Notes under the pieces: generated by a model
What the model saw: only the letters and a program-made list of their open reading frames with translations
Database searches by the model: none
Told to the model about the DNA's origin: nothing
Translations under genes and position numbers: made by a program
Part shown: piece by piece, positions 1 to 12,649 of the stretch
How the letters are laid out: every line of letters begins with the position of its first letter
How positions within the stretch are numbered: the stretch's first letter is position 1
Source: Ginkgo biloba
Lineage: Eukaryota > Plantae > Ginkgophyta
Assembly (NCBI GenBank): GCA_024626585.2
Contig: JANKJI020000002.1
Coordinates: 162,473,061 to 162,508,727, forward strand
Reading direction: 5' to 3'
DNA: 35,667 nt

Positions 1-149
1 CTTTAGTACCTCTTCCACAACTTGTCCTCAACTCTTGCACATAAACTTAACGTAATCCCCTGTCTTAATCAATGCGACATGCTTGATTGATTTTCAGCAA
101 AAAGAGAGGGAACCAAACCTTCAAGAAGGTTCAATCTGTAGTAGGGAGC

Positions 150-492
150 ATAAATAGAGCTTCAACCGACAAGTAGGACCTGTACCAATCGTTAAAACAA
201 TAGTAGCATACTCCAACCAGTAAGTATGGCTTCTAAATGATGTTAAATTGGCAGTAACATACTTTGACCAATAAGTATGACTTATAAATGATGTTAAATC
301 AGTAGTAGTAGACTTTAGCCAATAAGTATGAATTCTAAATTATGTTAAATCGATAGTAGTAGACTTCAACCAATAAGTATGACCTCTAAAAGTCATTAGA
401 GCAATAATAGCATACTTTGGTTAATAAGTTTGACCTCCAACAGACTCTAGAACATCAATAGTATAATTCGACCAACAAGTATAAATTGCTAG
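150..492. repeat. Degenerate 51-bp minisatellite, about 6.5 copies
   Basis: A CAATAAGTATG-like anchor recurs at 167, 218, 269, 320, 371, 422 and 473, an exact 51-nt period. Confidence 0.92.
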
Positions 493-2329
493 AATAAAAA
501 AGTAGAAGGGTGTTGAAATCGATGAGAGATGATGCCTAAATGGCATGTCATGCCCCCTTTTATACTTTATGAAGGGGCGTAATCGNNNNNNNNNNNNNNN
601 NNNNNNNNNNNNNNNNNNNNNNTGTTCAAAATCTTTGCATGAGTTTAATTTTCCCCTAAAAAGTAGATGCTTGGCTCTAAGTTATCTTTAAGTTGCCAAT
701 CTTATTTTTTAAGTTACATTATGGCTAACAGAGATAGTACTAAAAGCGAATCCTTAATTAAAGGCATTTTCTAAAGCTTATTTTAGTAGAAAAGGGCCAT
801 CAACTCTTATAAGGCATCTTCTTAGGGACTAAAGGTTCCTTAAGCTTATCAAAAGGTTNNNNNNNNNNCTTTAACCAACTTTGCCTCTTCCTTGACCAAG
901 TTTGACCATGGTTGACTAGGGTTGTAACATGAATGCTACAGTCACGAGAATGAGAATTAAATTTATGGATACAATTTTTTACATTTGTGCATAGTACCAA
1001 ATAAGTTAGGACAGGAAAAGAGAAAGAGAGGCATGTAGTGTAGATAGAAGAGTTTCTAGAATTTTGTTGTTCCCATATTTTTCTATGTAGTTTGGTTTAC
1101 AACACATTTGATTGAACGAATTTATTGGATGTATAGAAGATATCCAAGNNNNNNNNNNAAATAGCCAGCTTGAATATTATCCATGAATACTATGGGAATG
1201 TAGTTTTTTTTACTCTAGATATAAGGAAGGTATTATCAATAATAACAAGGTTATATTTCTACCAATTTTTTCAATAGTATTATATTTTAAAGCATTTTAA
1301 TAATCAAATCTTAGGCTTATAGAAAAGATTATGAATTAAATATAAAGTAGTACAAAATTGATAGAAATTGTGCATTTGTCTTATGTGTAGCAATTCATAG
1401 AAAGTTTGATGAGTTCTTCGGTGTGGTCAGTTGAGCACCCAAATTTTTTTAGTAAATAGAGTGTAGAATTAAAATACAACCAAAAAATTGTTTAGATAAT
1501 AGAAAGGCTAAGATATGTAATAAACATGCAATATTGTATATCTATAGACATACAGTGATAAACCGCAAACATATGGATAGTAATGCAATGACAAAGAATA
1601 GATAGTGTGAGAAAAGTAAACAAAGGCATGAGCAATTGTAATAATCCATTATGAATTAATTAAATTAATGGACATATGCTTTTGTTACACTACCATTGTT
1701 TTTAGATTCAATGGTTGCACAGAATATATGTACATGGTTCTAAAATTAAACAAGGAGAAGATTCACCCCTCCTAATAAAATCTTTGGAAAATACAAAGTA
1801 AATCACCTCCTAAGAGCAAATCTCCTCACCACGACCAACAGAAGGGTTAAAGCTAGAAAGCATAGAGGAAGATGAACTCTAAGAACCCCTACAGATTCGA
1901 GGTGATAAACATCATGTGAAGCCATAGGGTATACAGACTGAAAAGGTTTCCCCCCCAAGCAAGCCAAGCACTGACCAAAACTTCTCCCAGGCTTAGAAGA
2001 GAGGAAGAAACTGGGTTACTCCAACTGAAGGGCCCCTAGATGCCAATAAGAGCCACTGCCAAGCACCAATCTCTGGAGAAAAGGTTTCCCATGCCCTTGA
2101 TATTTGTGACCATAAATGGAATGAAAAAATAATGTTTAAGAGTCCAAAGGAGGTCGTAGAAAGAAATTATCGATGTGCCATGACCTCTGCAGGATAAACC
2201 TTAAAGAGCTAGAGCTCCTGAATGACTGCCATCCATCCATCCTAATTCTTGGCCGATAGTATTCTATTGGATGAAAAAGAAGAAGTTTAGAGTTTCTTAG
2301 CAACAGTGAACTCTTGGTTCGTGCGCATG

Positions 2330-2414
2330 CAATGTAAGTGAGACTCGAACCCGAGTGGCCTTGATCACAATGACTAACTAAGGCTCCCTTTACCAACTTG
2401 GCTCTTCACCCTTC
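2330..2414 (-). mobile_element. tRNA-derived SINE-like head (Pol III A and B boxes)
   Basis: Minus strand reads GAAGGGTGAAGAGCCAAGTTGGTAAAG (A-box-like, 2393-2404), about 41 nt, then GGTTCGAGTC (B box, 2342-2351). No cloverleaf. The 3' end is not defined. Confidence 0.6.
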
Positions 2415-2465
2415 CTTCTACATTAATATCCTTAATTCTCTTGTTCATTTGTTTGAATGAAATTT

Positions 2466-3481
2466 TGAGATGTCCTACCCTTGTGATCACATATTACATC
2501 TCTCAAGGATTGAATCCTTATTTGTACCATATACCTTTGATCTGAGATTGTTATAGATATAATACCACTTGTAGTGTCCTATAAGGGAAACTACTAAATA
2601 ATAGAAAAAAATAAATAGAATAAAGAGTACAATTCTAAATAATTTCCTACAATAATAATAAAAAATACATAAATCATAAATAATAATCTCAACATGTAAT
2701 ATCATAATTATAAATTAGATCAATATGATAAGAGGAAGATAGATGATAAGTGTGGGGAATCTTCTACCCATAATAATTCTTAGTAGGGTGCACCTGCTTC
2801 CTTAGATGGTCTTCAACTTCTGAAGTGGAAAAAGGATTTATCTCAGATAGTCTAATGTCTATAAATGAAGAAATGATATCTATTTATAGTTCCAACTTGG
2901 GTACCTTAAATTTGGCCTTATATATGTTAGTTGGAGGATATATTTTTCTATAAAACTATCCCTTAAGTGAAGGAACATGTACACCCTCCTTCTAAATTTG
3001 TATGCTCTACATTTAAAGTCAAAATTGGGTCCTTTTGACCCTAAAAGTGGGGTGCCTCTCCTTCTAACCTTATTTGTGACTTGGGTCATAATAGATACTT
3101 CACTCAAAATTGAGTTGTCATACTATTGAGGTGGCCNNNNNNNNNNNNNNNNNNNNNNNNNNNNNNNNNNNNNNNNNNNNNNNNNNNNNNNNNNNNNNNN
3201 NNNNNNNNNNNNNNNNNNNNNNNNNNNNNNNNNNNNAAACTATAGATAGCAAAACACTAAGAAAATAAACCATGCAAGAAAAGCTACCAATACAAATAAA
3301 CAATTTCAGACCAATATTAGCAAAATAAATATAGAAGCATTTATTCTGTATTATCTTAGTTTATAATTGAATAATTAAGAATTATCCACATATACAAATA
3401 AACCCACAAGGTGTCTTAGCCACTCTAATAGGCTAATGTGACCTCCTCTCTAAATGTTATGCTTCTTTTGGGCACATCACA
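2466..3481. mobile_element. Possible solo LTR
   Basis: Begins TGAGATGTCC and ends GCACATCACA (TG...CA, 8/10 terminal inverted match). No TSD seen, and it contains a gap. Confidence 0.35.
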
Positions 3482-5394
3482 AGATGCGGTGCAAGGTGGA
3501 TTTATTAGGGTTTGACACTAATGATAGGTCAATGCCAACATATGTAAAGTTGTGTCTATGATAACCTTCACCTTACACTTGCAACACAAAAACATTATCT
3601 ACACAAATTCTCCAATAAGATCTCGTTCACTTCCCTCTCAACCAACCTGGAAATTATAGATGCTTTACATGAAGAAGAGTTGTTTCAGAGATCATCATCT
3701 ACAAAATTGGGGCTTGTGCCCTATATAAAAATAATAATATGTATATTGAAAACGACATCCAACCTGCCAAATATTGTTAACTTAGTTCACTGAAATAACA
3801 CAAGATAACAGAGAAGCATGCTTTTCACAACCATTCCATACTTGTTACTACAAAGAGGCAATGGCACATGTATTTTGAAGAAGCTTAGGTACGAATTATT
3901 TAACACAACATCCTATCAATTCCTACATCACTAGAAGAGGTGAACAAACTAACAATTGTTGTGAGAATTGGTAATGTACATCAAAGATAGCAATGGTAGT
4001 ACATGCATGGAATGCCAAACAAATAAATAAAACAAATTAAATATCAAGCCACAACATGTCAATCATAGATTGTAAGATCTTGCATCCTAAACAAGAACCC
4101 CGTTGAACCACAAACAAACAGTTCTCTGATGACGTGTTTTGTTAAGGTAATAAAAATTTCTAAGTGCTAACTCTACTTATTTGACAGTAGTTGTAAATGT
4201 CATATCACATATGGACTAAACCAAAATGACAGTTTTGTTCTTATTATTCTCTACATTAATGCATTAAAGCAAATAATTCCTGAATTTGCCCTGAATAAAA
4301 GAAAAAGGTAAATGGATCATAACATAATGAATGAAATGAAAGTCAACTACACGTATACACCCAAAAAGAGACTAGATATGTGATTGTTTGCCCTTCATGT
4401 GGTTTGTGAATGCCTCATATAAGACATTAATGTTGTATGCAGGTGTAGTTTTACAAACACCAAGAACTCTCCCTCCTTTCTTTACATAAGCAGAGTGTTA
4501 CATCCCTCAATTAACAAACAACATTAATTAGCATTAGACCAGGTGCAATAATCCAAAAAATGTAGTAACATAAATCAAATAATGCACAACTGAATTAATG
4601 ATAGCATAAAATGGTGAACATCAGACAACTGAAACATCAGATGAAATATTAATAATATTGCAACGTATATCAAGTACAAAAGTCGANNNNNNNNNNNNNN
4701 NNNNNNNNNNNNNNNNNNNNNNNNNNNNNNNNNNNNNNNNNNNNNNNNNNNNNNNNNNNNNNNNNNNNNNNNNNNNNNNNNNNNNNNNNNNNNNNNNNNN
4801 NNNNNNNNNNNNNNNNNNNNNNNNNNNNNNNNNNNNNNNNNNNNNNNNNNNNNNNNNNNNNNNNNNNNNNNNNNNNNNNNNNNNNNNNNNNNNNNNNNNN
4901 NNNNNNNNNNNNNNNNNNNNNNNNNNNNNNNNNNNNNNNNNNNNNNNNNNNNNNNNNNNNNNNNNNNNNNNNNNNNNNNNNNNNNNNNNNNNNNNNNNNN
5001 NNNNNNNNNNNNNNNNNNNNNNNNNNNNNNNNNNNNNNNNNNNNNNNNNNNNNNNNNNNNNNNNNNNNNNNNNNNNNNNNNNNNNNNNNNNNNNNNNNNN
5101 NNNNNNNNNNNNNNNNNNNNNNNNNNNNNNNNNNNNNNNNNNNNNNNNNNNNNNNNNNNNNNNNNNNNNNNNNNNNNNNNNNNNNNNNNNNNNNNNNNNN
5201 NNNNNNNNNNNNNNNNNNNNNNNNNNNNNNNNNNNNNNNNNNNNNNNNNNNNNNNNNNNNNNNNNNNNNNNNNNNNNNNNNNNNNNNNNNNNNNNNNNNN
5301 NNNNNNNNNNNNNNNNNNNNNNNNNNNNNNNNNNNNNNNNNNNNNNNNNNNNNNNNNNNNNNNNGGGAGATTTTGACTCACCCACTGAAAATAC

Positions 5395-5860
5395 AGATCA
5401 GTGGGATAAATTAAAAAAAATTATATGAGAGTGCTATAAGTGTAAGAGTCTTACACTTAAAATATTAGTCATATAGATTAAAATTAAAGCCAAAAGAATC
5501 AGTAATCTAACACATTGACAAGATAAAATAATTGAGGAGTCAACTTATAAAAGTAGGTCACTCTATTGAAGAAAGAGAATTAGTGGACATTTTTTTGATG
5601 AGTATTCATAGTGAATTCAAAATTTTTGTGACAACCATCAATATCACTAACAAAGACAAAGATCTAAAAATTGATGATTTGAAATATTTATTAATGAATA
5701 AAGATAAATAAGAGGATGAATAAATTCAAAAAGAATTTATGTCCAAAACAAAAGGCATAAGTAAATAGAAGAAAAATAGCAATAGTCTCCCTAGAAAAGA
5801 AAGCATAACTTATTTCATTTGTAACAAGTAATTCCATTTAGTAACAAATTACTAATAAAA
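5395..5860 (+). mobile_element. Decayed Ty1/Copia gag fragment (UBN2-like plus degenerate zinc knuckle)
   Basis: Frameshifted translation WDKLKK/LYES...HIDKIK*LRSQLIKVGHSIEERELVDIFLMSIHSEFKIFVTTI...DLKIDDL, then YFICNK*FHLVTNY (CX2CX4HX4C spacing with Cys>Tyr). Confidence 0.75.
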
Positions 5861-6033
5861 TAAGAAAGACAATAAGTAGGGAGGCAAAGAATATATTAGG
5901 CCTAAAAATTTCCTCCCTCGAACATTATAGTAGTCAGTTAAGACATATGGGGTTGGAATTCAAAGCCAATTTGCAATGACAAACAAAAAACTAATTTTTA
6001 AATGTACTCATCCAATAAACATCAAAAGCATAC

Positions 6034-6132
6034 CGCCCGAGGAGCCTCCTTAACCGCCATTTTGCCTTTGTGCTTTTCAATTTCTTTTCCACAAGCTTTT
6101 ATGGCTGCCTCTAGAACTGATATGCCTTCCTC
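6034..6132 (-). CDS. eIF2alpha: eIF2-alpha coding exon 6 (EEGISVLEAAIKACGKEIEKHKGKMAVKEAPRA)
   Basis: Acceptor tttgctatttgtgtag|GAG, donor GCG|gtatgc. 99 nt, open, matches the plant eIF2-alpha C-terminal domain (HKGK..VKEAPRA). Confidence 0.93.
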
Positions 6133-6427
6133 CTACACAAATAGCAAAAAGACAACAAATGGGTCAGTAATCCACTGTGCGGGAAGTACTATGATAATGG
6201 GTACTTTCCTGAATGCACACTCTGAATCATCTGTATCCCTTCAAAACATTGGCTTTGGCATTGAATCAAAAGAATGCACACAATCAACAGCAACAAAAAT
6301 GACTTCCCTTTTCCTTAGACATGCTCATTTGACTGAAAGTGCAGGCACTCACGGTAAAAGGCAGACTATGTCTAGAGACAATGAAAGAACCAAGAGAACT
6401 ACTAAATTCATTATAGTCAATTACCAC

Positions 6428-6479
6428 AAGAAGAAGAAGAAGAGGTAGTGGTGGAAGAAGATGAAGAGGATTAAGAAGA
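6428..6479. repeat. (AAG)n purine-rich microsatellite running into a gap
   Basis: aagaagaagaagaagagg...gaagaagatgaagagga at the gap edge. Confidence 0.7.
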
Positions 6480-9400
6480 NNNNNNNNNNNNNNNNNNNNN
6501 NNNNNNNNNNNNNNNNNNNNNNNNNNNNNNNNNNNNNNNNNNNNNNNNNNNNNNNNNNNNNNNNNNNNNNNNNNNNNNNNNNNNNNNNNNNNNNNNNNNN
6601 NNNNNNNNNNNNNNNNNNNNNNNNNNNNNNNNNNNNNNNNNNNNNNNNNNNNNNNNNNNNNNNNNNNNNNNNNNNNNNNNNNNNNNNNNNNNNNNNNNNN
6701 NNNNNNNNNNNNNNNNNNNNNNNNNNNNNNNNNNNNNNNNNNNNNNNNNNNNNNNNNNNNNNNNNNNNNNNNNNNNNNNNNNNNNNNNNNNNNNNNNNNN
6801 NNNNNNNNNNNNNNNNNNNNNNNNNNNNNNNNNNNNNNNNNNNNNNNNNNNNNNNNNNNNNNNNNNNNNNNNNNNNNNNNNNNNNNNNNNNNNNNNNNNN
6901 NNNNNNNNNNNNNNNNNNNNNNNNNNNNNNNNNNNNNNNNNNNNNNNNNNNNNNNNNNNNNNNNNNNNNNNNNNNNNNNNNNNNNNNNNNNNNNNNNNNN
7001 NNNNNNNNNNNNNNNNNNNNNNNNNNNNNNNNNNNNNNNNNNNNNNNNNNNNNNNNNNNNNNNNNNNNNNNNNNNNNNNNNNNNNNNNNNNNNNNNNNNN
7101 NNNNNNNNNNNNNNNTGGCAGGCAAAACAAGACTGTTATTGAGAGTTTGGTACCAGATACATCATGGGAGGATGCATTCTTATACAGGTTACATGCAACT
7201 CCATGGACATATTAATCAGTATCAAGGATCGCACATCACATAACAACAAGCACATTTCAGTACCATCCAAGAGTGTTATTCATCCTCCTAATGCTTTTTA
7301 TCAGGATAATTCAGCCTCTATTTCCAGGCTTTACGACAGTGGGCTACTAATTTTGGGTACACTTTTGATGATAGTATTTCACCAAGAACATCAAGTTCTA
7401 CAGACAGTATGCATCCAACATGTATGCTAGCCAGAGGAGGCAGGAAATTTACCCGTGCTTTAACCACAAGTTGTCATCTGGATTATATACAACCATGACA
7501 TCTTAGCAGAAGACAGTAGCAACTTGAAGAATTTTATCACTCCACCCACGCTTGAAAGCAAAGTTAATGGGTGAAGACTTGTAATGAACCAAAATTCTGT
7601 TGTGTCCAAGTGTAGGAGCTGTGTTCGATAAGTAGTGTGGTGTGTCAGGGTTACATTCCTCTGCCAATAATTCATTTCCCAAATTCCAATGTTTCCCAGA
7701 ATGCTTAAAAGCAACAGAGTAATCACCATACTCAACCTTGTCATGTTGGGAAAGCCTCGAATAAAAACATATATAAATACCAATTCTGAACGACTGATTC
7801 ATTATAATGTTCCATGTCTCCAAATGTTCTCTTCATCCTTTCATGAGATTCAGTTTTGTCGTTCCATACATTTGCTAATTAACATTTTTGCAAGGACCCT
7901 TTTCTGCTTGCTTGAAGAGTTTCCAAAAAAGCACTTTGCTAAATTTATAAAAATATCATATTTCTTCATCACTAGGTTTTGGCAATGATGCAAAAGGCTG
8001 AATGGAAATAACAGTAGGCAACTGCCAAAAGAACATTTTATCCGTAAGGAACTAGATAAATTTAATGAAAATAATTGAAGGAGATACCCTTGAGGAATAT
8101 GCAAACACTCAAAGATCATGTGTAGTAGAACCTTAAGTCCCAAATACAAGCAGATGACAACTAAATACAATAGGCTTTCAAAATTTGGCTTGAACCACAT
8201 GGATCAAGATTGAAACATGAAGGTCACATAAGCTGCAACAGGAGAAGAATGCAAGTCTATTCTGCTGTTAAGGTCAGGTTGAAGATGATTAAACCCCCAG
8301 AATAAACATGCCCAACACAACAAAAAAGGGATACACAAACATCCTTGACAAGCCACAAATGCTTGCAACAATTACTGAGAATGTGGAGTACCATATTTCT
8401 GAACAGCATTTCACAAAATCATGTTGAGTAGAGCGGTTTGAGCAGAGGAATATATTAGGCTACTCTGTATTAGAGACAGTTTTCATTATGAAGTTGGGAC
8501 GCATTTATTTATGTAACAAGGGTTACTGTTGTTAGATACTGTCTCCCAATAAGATGATAAGAACTTATCGGTTTGTAATTTTTCTGTTAAGATACGTGTT
8601 TTACTATTTTTTAATATTTCACTCTTTTACTCTCTGTGGNNNNNNNNNNNNNNNNNNNNNNNNNNNNNNNNNNNNNNNNNNNNNNNNNNNNNNNNNNNNN
8701 NNNNNNNNNNNNNNNNNNNNNNNNNNNNNNNNNNNNNNNNNNNNNNNNNNNNNNNNNNNNNNNNNNNNNNNNNNNNNNNNNNNNNNNNNNNNNNNNNNNN
8801 NNNNNNNNNNNNNNNNNNNNNNNNNNNNNNNNNNNNNNNNNNNNNNNNNNNNNNNNNNNNNNNNNNNNNNNNNNNNNNNNNNNNNNNNNNNNNNNNNNNN
8901 NNNNNNNNNNNNNNNNNNNNNNNNNNNNNNNNNNNNNNNNNNNNNNNNNNNNNNNNNNNNNNNNNNNNNNNNNNNNNNNNNNNNNNNNNNNNNNNNNNNN
9001 NNNNNNNNNNNNNNNNNNNNNNNNNNNNNNNNNNNNNNNNNNNNNNNNNNNNNNNNNNNNNNNNNNNNNNNNNNNNNNNNNNNNNNNNNNNNNNNNNNNN
9101 NNNNNNNNNNNNNNNNNNNNNNNNNNNNNNNNNNNNNNNNNNNNNNNNNNNNNNNNNNNNNNNNNNNNNNNNNNNNNNNNNNNNNNNNNNNNNNNNNNNN
9201 NNNNNNNNNNNNNNNNNNNNNNNNNNNNNNNNNNNNNNNNNNNNNNNNNNNNNNNNNNNNNNNNNNNNNNNNNNNNNNNNNNNNNNNNNNNNNNNNNNNN
9301 NNNNNNNNNNNNNNNNNNNNNNNNNNNNNNNNNNNNNNNNNNNNNNNNNNNNNNNNNNNNNNNNNNNNNNNNNNNNNNNNNNNNNNNNNNNNNNNNNNNN

Positions 9401-12400
9401 NNNNNNNNNNNNNNNNNNNNNNNNNNNNNNNNNNNNNNNNNNNNNNNNNNNNNNNNNNNNNNNNNNNNNNNNNNNNNNNNNNNNNNNNNNNNNNNNNNNN
9501 NNNNNNNNNNNNNNNNNNNNNNNNNNNNNNNNNNNNNNNNNNNNNNNNNNNNNNNNNNNNNNNNNNNNNNNNNNNNNNNNNNNNNNNNNNNNNNNNNNNN
9601 NNNNNNNNNNNNNNNNNNNTCTTTGTGCTACGCCATGGTCTCATGATTATCTTCAAGATGAAAACCCCCATAATTTGTCCTTTGAATATGTTCTTGGCAT
9701 GTATTTTACTAGGGAGTGGTACATGCCACTAACACACACACTAGGAGTTGTTGTCACAATGGCATAAAAAAAGGTAACCCATGGAAGATGACACATATTT
9801 CAAAAGAATATACACAATTCAATCAAAGGCCAACCAGCTCACAAAGGCAAGGATGGTAAAGTGTTCTTTATGAAGTTTAAATTATACCAAGAAGATCACC
9901 AAAGCCAATGCATCTAGTGGGAAACAAAGTATGGCATCACCTTTATATATTTAGGAACAATGACTCATGAATATTGAAAAGGGGGATAGAAGAGATTTCT
10001 GTTACAGCCTAGAACAAAACAGTGCATACAGGAAGAAGAAATAAAGGGAAACACAAGATATCAGCTCTTACAAATAGGAGTTGGCTTTTGCTGNNNNNNN
10101 NNNNNNTTTAAAACATTTTGCAGGTCCTCCTGGAATCCACAAAACAGATTACAAGAATCCTAGAAGCTTATATGACTCTTATGGCCCAGAAAACAACAGG
10201 CCTAGCTGGGAAACATGTGCCCAAGGCATAGATCTTCTCGTGTTCTTCGAAACAAGCAGTTGCATTCCTATGTTTGGTCCACAATAGGGCCTTACAAAGT
10301 GTTCAACACGCAAACGCACCTTGTATGGTCATGAGGAGGCTTGCTAATCCAGCCAGAAGTCAAAATAGGCCCACAGGTCAACCAAAAAGTCAAAATAGGT
10401 CAACCTAAGCTAAGGAAAAACAACTAAAATTACTTATGACCACCCAAAGTCGACCTCAACCTCACTAAAGCTGATGTAGGGACTCCCAAGGTATTTGCCA
10501 GCTATATAATCAATCAACGGTGTCATTCTTTGCATCATACTTCAAGAATTTTGTCCCTACTTGACCAAGAATAAATACTTCAAAGTTTACGGATACATAC
10601 AAAAGTCCAAACTACTCATAATAGTGGATCTAGGAAGTACACACTATTTTTTGGATTAAGGCAAATTAAGATGTTGGGACTTTATCTTGATAGAAGGCAG
10701 ATGTCAATCCATCAAAAATAAACTACAACAATAGAGATTATGCATTTGTATTTAGAGAGGACCTTTTAAGATTCATCGAGACATCATATACATTAAGATA
10801 GACTTGAGGTCATTATGAGGACAATGGCTTTACTAGAAAAAGATGAAGATTATCTAAAAACATTTGGGAATATCAAAATGCCTTTGAATATTTAGAATAG
10901 CACTAAGATTATAAACAATTCATTTTTCAGTTTGGTATTGCAAGTTATAGTAAGTAATTAAGTCATAAGTACCCACAATTCTATAATAGCCTAAATTCCA
11001 AGTTTATGTCCTTAGTTATTGTCTTCACCATCTTAGTTTATTGGGATATGTATACGTACATATAAAGACATTGATGATGGTCATAACATATAAGGGATTT
11101 AACTACTATGAAGGAAACTATAAGTAGGTGTAGATGGTGGTGATATGTTTGGTCTCTAGACTACATTGTGTTTTCGCTTAAAAGAAGGCAAGGGGGGAAG
11201 AAAACTCTATTATGTATGTACAATGATATTATATAAGGAAAGCAAGGGAAAACTTATATCCATAAATTCATATAGTGCAAAATATTGTACATCACTTTTA
11301 TAAAAGGCATTAAAAAAATCGCATTATGCTTACATAATTCTTTCATCTACACCATACACAAATACATTTGCTACTAGCATGATTACTTAATCATAATCAC
11401 CACNNNNNNNNNNNNNNNNNNNNNNNNNNNNNNNNNNNNNNNNNNNNNNNNNNNNNNNNNNNNNNNNNNNNNNNNNNNNNNNNNNNNNNNNNNNNNNNNN
11501 NNNNNNNNNNNNNNNNNNNNNNNNNNNNNNNNNNNNNNNNNNNNNNNNNNNNNNNNNNNNNNNNNNNNNNNNNNNNNNNNNNNNNNNNNNNNNNNNNNNN
11601 NNNNNNNNNNNNNNNNNNNNNNNNNNNNNNNNNNNNNNNNNNNNNNNNNNNNNNNNNNNNNNNNNNNNNNNNNNNNNNNNNNNNNNNNNNNNNNNNNNNN
11701 NNNNNNNNNNNNNNNNNNNNNNNNNNNNNNNNNNNNNNNNNNNNNNNNNNNNNNNNNNNNNNNNNNNNNNNNNNNNNNNNNNNNNNNNNNNNNNNNNNNN
11801 NNNNNNNNNNNNNNNNNNNNNNNNNNNNNNNNNNNNNNNNNNNNNNNNNNNNNNNNNNNNNNNNNNNNNNNNNNNNNNNNNNNNNNNNNNNNNNNCCTTA
11901 CCACTAGACATTGCATGTCCATTGTCCCATGGGGAATAAGTGGCGTAATTGTGAAAGCATTACAACTATTACTCTCATGGTGTGCTATGAGTTTCCATTG
12001 ATGCATTATGTCCCTTTCTGTTTAATTCCACACAAGCATAAAAAGTGTATGAGAACATGAATGCTTAATAACTTAATTAATACCATACAGCACAGTGCTG
12101 CCCAATCAGACTTTAGCAAACACTTTGGTTCCATTACCTAAAGTCAAACCTGGAAGGGTCACCTTAGCAAAAGATCTCGCAACCCTAGTCCTCATAGTTA
12201 TGGCAAATTCTAGCTAAAATTCCAAAGAAGCTAGGGTTTTTCAAATGCCATGTAAGGAGCAATGGAACCCTGTACCAATTCTAAAGCTGAACAGAAAGAA
12301 TGATAGGAAAACATTAAAAATTCAAATATGCCAAATAAACTGATTACGCGAAACACCAACAAGATTGAAAGCTCCAAGACCGATAGTGGTACAGCTAGTA

Positions 12401-12649
12401 GCATGACTAGATTTAATTTGGAACATTAGCCAAAGGATAGCTCCAACTCCCAAATTGCAACTTCTGAAAGGCAGCATGATGGAACCTATTCAATATATAG
12501 GAAAGCTAATGGACGAGAGGTATAGAAGAGGAAGAAATAAGATTGGAGCTATATGCTAAGGCAAACAAAGACTCCATGACAATTTACAATGAATATATAC
12601 AATCACAGTTATCTAGCACATCGCTAGAGGAGACTGACAAGTGACATAG

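Noticed and set aside
150-492. Periodic repeats as a CRISPR array
   Set aside because: Whole units are homologous with no unique spacers, there are no cas genes, and the DNA is eukaryotic.
2330-2414. Functional tRNA gene
   Set aside because: A and B boxes are present, but no acceptor or anticodon stem pairing can be built. Treated as SINE-like.
6002-6448. 148-aa plus-strand ORF
   Set aside because: Antisense shadow of eIF2-alpha exon 6 plus intron sequence, with no recognisable domain.
9750-12060. Possible solo LTR (9750-10560), LINE-like stretch (10560-11400) and integrase-like YSPWDNG (~11920)
   Set aside because: Only vague compositional or single-motif similarity. Boundaries and family cannot be supported by eye.
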